Assembly (NCBI RefSeq): GCF_032191835.1
Contig: NC_083237.1
Coordinates: 10,664,001-10,728,000 of the forward strand
DNA from: Heteronotia binoei
Lineage: Eukaryota
Length of the DNA: 64,000 nucleotides
Reading direction: 5' to 3'
Part shown: positions 36,051 through 45,200 of the stretch, piece after piece
How the letters are laid out: the number at the start of each line of letters is the position of its first letter
Position numbering within the stretch: position 1 is the first letter of the stretch
The notes under the pieces: generated by a model
Seen by the model: the letters and a program-made list of their open reading frames with translations, nothing else
Databases searched by the model: none
What the model was told of the DNA's origin: nothing
Made by a program: the position numbers and the translations under genes

Positions 36051-37584
36051 ATGGCCCCCAAGAAAGGACAGGGCCCTTCTAAGGGCAAACAGCCAACTAA
36101 GGCTGCACCCAAAAGAAGGAATCGGACCCCCCAGGGGAGGATTTAGATAGTACTGTTGTGAGACAGGTGATTTTGGATAGAATTGGGGTAATGGAAAGAG
36201 TGCAGGGGGCGTCAGGGTTGCAGGCGGTGTGGCAGGGGCAACACAGTGCCACCGGCTGATCCGGGACATTGCCTTTCGAAAGGGAGTTGCTGTCCAGGCT
36301 TTCTGTTTTGCAGGAAAACATGGCATCAATGGAGGACCGTGGTCAGGATGTCGGTGCGGCCAAGGAAGCAGTGTCGCGGGAAGCAGCCTGCGACCAGGAT
36401 GATGTTGTGGAGCTGCAGAAGGCAGCACAGCCAGTTGCGGTGGCAGTGACGCCTGCATCGGATGAAGGTAGGGCAGCATTCACCTCCCAGCAGGCAAACT
36501 CACCATGGGGGGTTTGGGGCCCAGGGGCAACACAGCTTCCCGGAGATTCAGGTCAGACATCCTCGCCCGTTGAGGGTGGGCAGTGGCCACCCCCGGCTCA
36601 ACCAGGACCATCTTGGACATTGAGTGGGCTACCTCTAGGCCGGCCTCAATGTGTGCAGGCGGGGTGGGGTCAAGTGCCTCTGGCCATTGCGGGGCTGATT
36701 GCCACACATGGGCTCCCTGCAACAGCCGGAGCAACAGGAGTTCTCCCATGGGAAAACCAAATGCCTGTGGCCCAACCATTTGGGTGGCCTGCTGTGAGTT
36801 GTTATCTGTGGGGTTACGCGCATAACCCCTATGGGTCTGTTCCCCTGTTATCCATCCCTTTTGGAGACCCAGCCATGCCTTTGGGAGACCACCTCAGTCC
36901 TGCGACGAGGGAAAAGATTCTGAGAGGGTAATATGTGAATGTATTTAGTCTCCTCTACAGGGAACTGGAAAAGAAAAATAAGGATGAATTAGATGAGAAG
37001 GAAAAGGAAAAGCTTAGGCGACGGAGGGTGGATAGGACCTGGGCTAACTGGCTTCCAGGTTTCCTTATATTCGCGGGGGTCATAGCTAGGGCTCAGCCTA
37101 ATAGGGCTGCCTCCTTGTTTCAATACTGTGACATAATTTATAGGGCCTACACCGATTTTGTGGGTGCGGCCTGGTTACAGTATGATGAGACCTTCCGCAT
37201 GAGGACGGCGATTAACCCTTTGCTTCCATGGGACCAAATCAACCAACAGTTGTGGTTGCAGCTAATGGCCCCTGCTAAGCCTAACCTGGGTGACAGGGTG
37301 GATATGGGCATTTGGTCCACAGGCAAACAGGCATCCCAACAGCCCGCTCCATGGTGGGTCAGCCGGTTCAACCCCGGCTGTTATGTTGGGAATATACCTC
37401 ACAGGGAATATGTTCCAGGAAGTCATGTAAATTCCGACATGAATGCCCATTATGCGGTGGCCCCCATGCATTTTTGGCATGTAGTAAGTCAAAGCCAAAG
37501 AGCGGGCCCAAGCGCCCTGGAGGAGGCGGCAACTCACAGCCTTTGGGTAAAGGGTCCCACCCCCATTCGGCTGAGGGTTCTTGA
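36051..37584 (+). pseudogene. Gag-like ORF1 of the Ngaro element (disrupted)
   Basis: ATG 36051 (MAPKKGQG); frameshift near 36125; stops at 36257 and 36929 (in ILRG*YVNVFSLL); 1-nt deletion near 37304; helical core (WLQYDETFR) and C-terminal Cys/His cluster CWEYTSQGICSRKSCKFRHECPLCGGPHAFLAC at 37384-37482. Confidence 0.8.
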
Positions 37585-39163
37585 GCACTTTCTGGAGAAT
37601 TACCCTAGGGTAGCTGATAAAGTTTATTTGTTTGAGGGATTTTCATTCGGTTTTCGGATCCCATATATGGGGCCAAGGGCCCCATCCATGGCATCTAATT
37701 TACGTTCCACTGTAGGCATGGAGGAGGTTGTTAGGACCAAAATCGCAAAGGAATGCGCTGAGGGGAGAGTGCTAGGTCCTTTTAAGGCTCCACCGGTGCC
37801 TTGTTTCAAGGTTTCCCCTTTAGGTGTTGTACCTAAGAAAACTGTGGGTGAATTTAGGCTTATTCACCACCTGTCATATCCCTCTGGTGGCTTGGTGAAT
37901 GATGGCATTCCCGACCACCTTTGTTCTGTTCGTTATACATCGTTTGACCAGGCGGTCAAGGTTATTCGGGACTGCGGGGTTGGGGCTGAAATGGCGAAGT
38001 GCGACATTAAGTAGGCATTTCGGCTATTGCCGGTCCACCCCAATGACTTTGAGTTGTTGGGTTTCCAGTTTGAGGGTAATTTTTTCGTGGACCGCGCATT
38101 ACCCATGGGATGCTCGGTCTCATCTGCAGCTTTCGAGCGGTTCAGCTCATTTTTGGAGTGGTTACTGAAGGACAGGTCGGGCCGTACCGAGGTCGTTCAT
38201 TACCTGGACGATTTTTTATTCGCGGGCGCGCCTGGCTCTGGGCACTGCGCCTGGCTGCTGGACCTTTTTATTAGATTGACCGACGAGCTCAGGGTTCCTT
38301 TGGCCCATGAGAAGACAGAGGGCCCCGCAACCTGCATTACATTTTTAGTCATCGAGCTAGACACGGTGCAGCAGACCTCCCGGTTGCCTGAGGAGAAGGT
38401 ACAGCAGCTCAGGACAAGGTTGGCCACGTTGAAGGTGAAACGGAAGGTTTCACTCTTAGAGTTACAGCAACTTGTGGGGTATTTAAATTTCGCCTGCTGG
38501 GTAGCTGCTCCAGGCAGGGCATTTCTACAGCGACTTTGTGACGCCATGGCGAATCTTCGCTTACCGCACCACAGAGCACGCATAACGGAGAGTATGCGTA
38601 GTGACTTAGAAGTCTGGGAAAAATTCCTCGAGGTATTTAACGGGGTTTCATTTTGGAGGGAGGATATGAAGGTTGAAGTGGACCTTCAAATTTCCTCGGA
38701 TGCCGCTGGGTCCTCTGGTTTTGGGGTCTTTTTCAGGAGGCAATGGTGCGCGGAGCAATCGCTGCAGGATTGGCACTTCAGCGGCATTTGCAGAAATTTA
38801 ACTTTCCTGGAATTTTTCCCGATAGTTGTGGCAGTTTGCATATGGGGGGACCAGTTGGCCAACCGGGTCGTACATTTTTGGTGCGACAACCTGTCAGTGG
38901 TGCACGTGATCAATTCACTGTCCTCCAAATCCAAACTGGTTATGGTGCTGGTCAGAGTTTTTGTGCTACGTTGCCTCAGTTTAAATATTTTGTTTCTAGC
39001 CAAACATGTGCCAGGTGTTAATAATGGGGTGGCGGACGCCCTGTCTCGCCGGCAGATTGAGAGATTTCAGCAGTTAGCCCCGGAGGCCGATCCTCTCCCG
39101 TTCCGGATGCCGCCCGACCTTTGGCTGCTTGGCAGGTTGAAGCCGGTAGGGCAATCCTGTTAG
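37550..39163 (+). pseudogene. Reverse transcriptase / RNase H ORF of the Ngaro element
   Basis: GFRIPY, SPLGVVPKK, FRLIHHLS, KCDIK*AFR (premature TAG 38012-38014), LPMGC, HYLDDFLF; RNase H SDAAG, LEFFPI, WCDN, ADALSR. Same frame on both sides of the stop. 5' start uncertain. Confidence 0.92.
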
Positions 39164-39988
39164 CTTTGGCCCCAAGTATGAGGAGGGCTTACGATCGCGC
39201 AGCCACACAGTTCAAGGTATTCCGCAACTCCGCGGGGCTGGGTGAGGTTTGGCCCATCCCGGTGGCACATTTAATACAATTTTGCGTGCTGCAGAAATCT
39301 AAGGGTTTGTCAGTTAAGTCCATTCGTTGGCGTTCATTAGTCGGGCACAAGGTTTTCCCGCCTCTGGGGAGGACTTCCGGGTTAAAAAGATGCTCAAAGG
39401 TTGGTCCAGAGAGTGTGCGTTGACGGCGGACCCAAGGCAGCCCATTTCCCCTTCTATCCATCATGGTCTGGGCGGAGTTTGGCCCGCCGTTTGTAGTTTC
39501 GATTATGAGGCCATTCTATTTCACGCAGTGGCACTCACGGCCTTTTTCGGGGCACTGCGGGTCAGCGAGCTGGTTCAGTCGTCGCGTAACGACCCGGGCG
39601 ACAACGCATTGCAGAAAGGCGATGTATCATTTGAGGGGAAACAGGTCTTGCTTCTTGCACTACAATTATGTTGGGCCCTTGCGCTGAGCAAGGGCTATGT
39701 CCGGTTCAAGCCTTATCTGATTATGTCAAGGTCTGGGGGGACACGCAGGGACCGTTTTTCTGGCACGAGGGTGGTTCCCCCCTCACAAAATACCAGTTTT
39801 GGACGGTGACCTCGCGGGCACTGGACAAGTTGGGTTTGGGCCAAATCAAATTTGGGACCCATTCCTTCAGGATTGGGGCCACATCGACGGCAGCGGCCAT
39901 GGGTTATCCGGGACCAGCCATCCAACGCGTTGGACGATGGAGGTCAGCGGCTTATCGGACTTATGTGCGTCCGTTGTTGTTTCCCTAA
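39121..39988 (+). pseudogene. Tyrosine recombinase ORF of the Ngaro element (two frameshifting deletions)
   Basis: Three pieces in the ORF track (39121, 39327, 39668): AFFGALRVSEL (catalytic Arg), THSFRIGA (HxxR), GRWRS..Y..YVR (Trp and catalytic Tyr). The segment carrying the catalytic Lys is missing. Confidence 0.9.
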
Positions 39989-40037
39989 GGGGGCGCTTTC
40001 TTGTTGTTCGGTGTTTAACTATGTTTTCTTGTTTCAG

Positions 40038-40639
40038 GTGCTGTGGCTCGTCATTGGAGGCTGAGGATCCTCGTATGCGGGCACAGCATGATTTTTTGGG
40101 CGGTCCACTTTGCCAGAAGACCATCGGTTGGGTCTCAACTGGGGCTGAGCGAGTGGGCCAAGATCGAATGGTTGGGGCGACGAGGGCTCAGGTGGCCTGG
40201 GCTGTTGCCATTGTTGTTTGGGAGGAGGGCCTGTCCCATGCCTGATATACTGGTCATTCACCTGGGTGGGAATGACCTGGGCCTGTTGAAGGGGAAGGCC
40301 CTCTCCCTGCAAATGATTGTGGACCTGTGGGTCATCGTGAGGAGATGGCCCGGGGTCCGGATCATTTGGTCCCCTATTTTGCCGAAGAGAGTCTGCCGGG
40401 CCGCTTGGAATCTGGCTGGGATTGAGCGGGCCAGAAGGAAGGCAAATAGGGCCCTGCGGTTGGCCCTGGAGGGGGGGCTGGGTACCTTCCTCCCCCACCC
40501 CTGTATTAGGGTGGATAGATTAGAACTTTACCGGCCAGATGGTGTCCATCTGTCCGACGTGGGAAATCGGGCCTTTTTCTCAGACTTGCGGCAAGGTTTT
40601 CGGGAGGCTCTGGGCCTCCCGGGGGTCGTGAATGCCTAA
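40038..40639 (+). CDS. SGNH/GDSL-type hydrolase (esterase) ORF of the Ngaro element; uninterrupted, probably reached by splicing
   Basis: Block I ILVCGHS, block II GRRG, block III VIHLGGNDL, block V PDGVHL; about 200 codons open to TAA 40637-40639; preceded by TTTAAC...TTTTCTTGTTTCAG|G (AG 40036-40037). Confidence 0.82.
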
Positions 40640-40653
40640 GCAGAGGCTTGGCA

Positions 40654-41049
40654 TTTGCGGTGGCAGAAGGAGCAAGGGGTTCAGACCTTGCCGGTGAGCA
40701 CCCAGGCCTAAGCACCTGCGTTGGGCAGGCAATCCGTAGGAAGGCAGATGCGCTTCACGGCTCAATGTCATGAATATGGATCGAGTTTTCATGCCTCCCC
40801 TTAGTCACCCCCTTCTGGTGATCGGGGTTGGGGTTAAGGGGAGGGCATGTGTGGTCTGCTGGCCCAGTTCTAGCCACTTCTGTATGGCTTGGACTGGGGG
40901 TTGGGTGGCTCGCCCTTTCGTGGGACTTGGCGAGGTCAGGCGTTGACCTCAGGGCTCGTCCCACTTTAGTTACCTTGCCATGTTATGTTAATAAAGTGGC
41001 CCGTTTTCCCAAACTTTGTGTATGCCTTTTTATTCTGTACTGAGGGTGT
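40654..41049 (+). repeat. Split direct repeat B1
   Basis: About 396 nt matching B2; AATAAA at 40990-40995; ends CTGAGGGTGT, abutting A2. Confidence 0.9.
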
Positions 41050-41227
41050 AATCCGGCCCCGCCCCGGCCGCGCCGCAAAGCCGGCTGCGGCCGCGGGGCC
41101 GCGCTTTGCAGCCTTGGAGGAGGAAAGGCAGCTTCCCGGGCATCCGGGACCTTGGCGTGGGCAGAGGGCTGAGGCTATAAGTAGCCTCGGCCCCGCCTCT
41201 CCCCACGCAGTCCCGGGAGTTGTTTGG
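41050..41227 (+). repeat. Split direct repeat A2
   Basis: Copy of A1; the B1|A2 junction GGGTGT-AAT-CCGG reproduces the circle junction. Confidence 0.92.
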
Positions 41228-41393
41228 CCCGCCCACCCACCCTGCAGTAGTACAGGTTTTTTACCGGTCGCCTTATTAGGGGCCAGCTAGGAATTTTTTC
41301 GTATCACCTGATTGGCCGTTGGTGGTGTGTTTTTCGCCTACCTTGTACTGCGAATTGTGGTGTGGCTGTTAGGTAGGTAGGCAATTCGGTCAC

Positions 41394-41788
41394 TTTGCGG
41401 AAGAAGCAAGGGGTTAAGACCTTGCCGGTGAGCACCCAAGCGTAAGCACCTGCGTTGGGTAGGCAATCCGTAGGAAGGCAGATGGGCTTCATGGCTCAAT
41501 GTCATGAATATGGATCGGGTTTTCATGCCTCCCCTTAGTCGCCCCCTTCTGGTGATCGGGGTTGGGGTTAAGGGGAGGGCATGTGTGGTCTGCCGGCCCG
41601 GTTCTAGGCATTTCTGTATGGCTTGGACCGGGGGTTGGGTGGCTCGCCCTTTCGTGGGACTTGGCGAGGTCAGGCGTTGACCTCAGGGCTCGTTCCACTT
41701 TAGTTACCTTGCCATATTATGTTATGTTAATAAAGTGGCCCGTTTTCCCATACTTTGTGTATGCCTTTTTATTCCGTACTGAGGGTGC
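41394..41788 (+). repeat. Split direct repeat B2 (3' terminus)
   Basis: Copy of B1; AATAAA at 41729-41734; ends CTGAGGGTGC followed by AAT and host flank. Confidence 0.9.
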
Positions 41789-42286
41789 AATAGTGGCTGT
41801 GAGATAGGAGGGGTTTGTGGTAAAGCGATCATAAGTCTTTCCTGCAAAATCATCTTTTTTCATAATCAAATATAGTGGAGCTACTCAGATTCAGACAAGC
41901 AGTAAAAAATTAATATCGAAAGATCACAACTTGAAAGGCGGACATTTTAATAACCATACCAAACAGCTGTGATTCATTAATGGTTAATGTTTACCAGTAA
42001 ATCTCTGGTAAATCTCCAGTAAATCTCTGAGCAAATGAACGAATAATCTCCTCTTTTTCAAGAGAAATACAGGACGGTTTACAAAATTTGACTACTCATG
42101 CTTATCACAAATACAAATATTTATCAAAGAATAATTGCTCATAATGAGCCATGCACAGAATTTCTGTCTCCATATTCAGTCATGTGAATTAGTCAAACTT
42201 GGTTTGTGTTTCTTTGAGTTCTATTATATAGTTGGGATTGAGCTGTACCCCAAGTTAAACTTCCTGAATTTATTATACTTGGAGGA

Positions 42287-45200
42287 CTAAGTATTTCTCC
42301 TAATTAGCTGTTTCCTGTGATTCAGTTGAGGCCTTAGCAGAATAATGTAACATTTTGGGAAAAAGATAAAGCATAGTAAGCCACTGCTAGAGGCCAAGAT
42401 GGAGAAGATCTCCACAGCTACCATGTATTTTCCTTTGGTGCTCAGGTAGGTTGGAACAAAAGACAACCAAACACTGAAAAATATCAGCATACTGAAGGTG
42501 ATGAACTTGGCCTCATTGAAACTGTCTGGCAAATTCCTAGCAAGGAACGCCACGGTCAAACTGAGAATGGAAAGAAGTCCCATGTAGCTGAGGATCATGT
42601 AGAACATGGTGATAGACCCTGGATTGCATTGTATCACTATCTCTTCAGTCAAGGACTGTGCATCTAAATCTGGGAAAGGGGGGAAAGTTCCCAGCCACAT
42701 CACGCAAATACCTGCTTGAATAAGTGAGGAGGATAGGACAATAGAATTGCTCAGTCTTCTCCCCACCCACTTTCTCACATCGGTCCCTGGTTTGGTGGCC
42801 ATGAAAGCTGCAACCACAGTGATGGTTTTGGCCAACACACAAGAAACAGCCACTGAGAAGATGATGCCAAAAGCAGGTTGCTGGAGCCAGCAAGTTAACT
42901 TCCTTGGTCTTCCAAGGAAAAGCAAAGAGCAGAGGAAACAGAACAGAAGGGCGACCAGAAGTGTGTAGCTGAGATCTCGGTTGTTGGCTTTGACAATGGG
43001 GGTATCTTGGTACTTAATAAAAATTTCTAGAACCAACAGGGTGATTACAGATAAGGTCACAGCAATGGAAGTCAAAGAGATCCCTAAAGGTTCTTCATAA
43101 GATAGGAAGTTTGTCTTTTTGGGAATACATTGATCTTGATCCTTGCTTGGATGCTGATTTTCCTGACATAGAACGCAGTCATCCATATCTGAAAGAATAA
43201 GAAAGAAAGAGGGGTCATCCCAGTGTCCATTCACATGTAACTTAGAACCAGCTTCTCATAATCGTCTTCCAGGGGAGCACTGAGGGAGATCTTTATGCTT
43301 ACTCATCAAGAGTGGTTCCTTATAAGGAGATGGCCATCTGAAGATGCAGATTTATATTCACTCACTGTTCCATGTTATTGTTATTATTGTTTGTTGCTGT
43401 CAGGGGTGGAATCCTAGCAGGAGCTCCTTTGCATAGGGCGTTTTCCCACTTACCTTTTACTGGCGCGACCATCCTCCTCACGCCGGCGGATCTGCAGGGA
43501 TTTCGCACCAGAAGCGCCGGCGCAGCCAAAAGAGCTGGCAACTTCCGTCGCGGAGCCAGCTCAAACGTTTTCCTGCTTCTTGGCGGTTTCCGTTTGAGCT
43601 GGCTCCGCGACGGAAGTTGCCGGCTCTTTTGGCTGCGCCGGCGCTTCTGGTGCGAAATCACTGCAGATCCGCCGGCGTGAGGAGGATGGTCGCGCCAGTA
43701 AAAGGTAAGTGCGAAAATGCCCATATTAAGCCACATACCACAGATGTAGCCAATCCTCCAACAGATTACAACTCTCTTTTTTTTGTAAGCTCATGGAGGA
43801 TTGGCTACCTTAGGGGTGTGTGGCCTAATATGCAAAGGAACTCCTGTAAGATTTCCACCCCCATTTGTTTTTCTTACAAGCAAATGGCCTGCAAAATTCC
43901 ATTTCCCTCCTCCCCTGAAGGTTCCTGGACCTACTATGTGTGACACATCTAGGTGACCAGTGCTTGAAAGAAGGATATGAGGGGGGGCAGTCCTGGTAGG
44001 TGAGGTCTTCAGTGGCAGAACAGAGCTGAAAGCTGTTCCACATTCTGCCAGTGTTAATCTGCCATTGAAGTCACCATCATCCTGGCCCCATTGCACATTC
44101 TTCCCTCCCTGATTGCCTTGATTTAATCCTGCTTCCTCACGCTCCCCATTTCCTTCTCCATTCTACAGACTGCTCAGTTGACTATACACCCATGGTTACT
44201 GCAAGACATCATTCATTCATTCATTCACTCACTCACTCATTCATTCATTCATTCATTCATTCATTCATTCATTCATTCATTCATTGAAGTAGCACCAGTA
44301 GATTGTTAGGCATAGCAAGACACCAAGTGGAGGTTTTTTTCCATGGCCAAATCAAGACTACATTCTGCCACACATTTAGCAAAAGATATAATTTGAGACA
44401 GATAGGGCAGTCTTGAAGTGAATTGCTGAACGGGCAGTAAATAAAAACATTTGGACTCGGAAGACCTCTTTCCACATACTGCTGATCCTGAGCAGAAGTT
44501 TCCATTCCTATAAGCAGGATGGAAGAGATGGTGGCCTTTGGTGTTAGCTATATAAAAGGGTAACCATGCATCTAGCTAAATGGCTGGATCCGAATCAACG
44601 TAGAATGCTTGTGCTCTCTGTTACCTACCCACATGATTTGAAATCTCCCCTGGTGGACAAGGAACACAATCGTAGCAGCAGAATTTCTTCCCTTCCTTCT
44701 TCTTCTTGTGATAGCCAGGCGGGCAGTAATCATTGCACAAGGAAAGGGGCACCCCCTGCTCCACTCAAAAGACAGAAAGTTTGGGTAGAAATAAATAGGT
44801 TCTTGCTCATTAATTGATATGGAAATAAACAACTAGACAGCTGCATTAGAAGAATAGAAGATTTATTGCACCTTGCAAGTCCTTCCCTCAGCTGACCATA
44901 TTTTTGCATGCTTATGTCCGGTTGAACAATAGTGCATGGAAGAAAAGAAACTTACTTCATCCCCCCCTGCTCCAACCTATAGCATAAACTGTATCTGGCT
45001 TTGCCATAAAAAAAGATGTTCTTTTTTTAAAAATGTATCCAAAGTAGGTGACTTGCAAAGAGGGCATCTGATCTCCCCTCCACCATAACTTCTTCCTTTG
45101 AAAGCATCCTCAGCCTTTCTCGTTTTCCTGCCTCCTACTTCCCTTTTCAATCTACCTTTATCTTCCTCCATCATGGTTTGTAGTTTTCCCTCCTTCCCTG

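Larger units (their letters stand above)
35236..41791 (+). mobile_element. Ngaro-type tyrosine-recombinase (DIRS order) retrotransposon with split direct repeats; full length but decayed
   Basis: Layout A1-gag-RT/RH-YR-SGNH-B1-A2-spacer-B2. RT YLDD, RNase H and YR HSFR/GRW/Y motifs; no DAM methyltransferase domain. Absent at the paralogous sites (20291 GGTAGAAT; about 57682). GC/CpG-rich within an AT-rich background. Confidence 0.93.

Noticed and set aside
36935-38014. 359-aa ORF that looks like a natural Gag-Pol fusion
   Set aside because: A 1-nt deletion near 37304 (GATATGGGCAT versus expected GATAGTGGGCAT) shifts gag into the pol frame; the Gag zinc finger continues in another frame. This is a decay artefact.
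39060-39163. DAM methyltransferase domain after RNase H, as in DIRS1-like elements
   Set aside because: Pol ends about 40 codons after ADALSR, leaving no room; consistent with Ngaro.
40034-40498. 154-aa minus-strand ORF in the Ngaro element
   Set aside because: Pro/Gln-rich antisense shadow of the SGNH ORF.
41228-41393. Hammerhead or HDV-like ribozyme in the spacer
   Set aside because: No CTGATGA/GAAA core and no P3/P1.1/P4/J4-2 pattern found; kept only as a possible pseudoknot.
43362-43736. Mirror-image ORFs on both strands
   Set aside because: A by-product of the GC-rich palindromic MITE.
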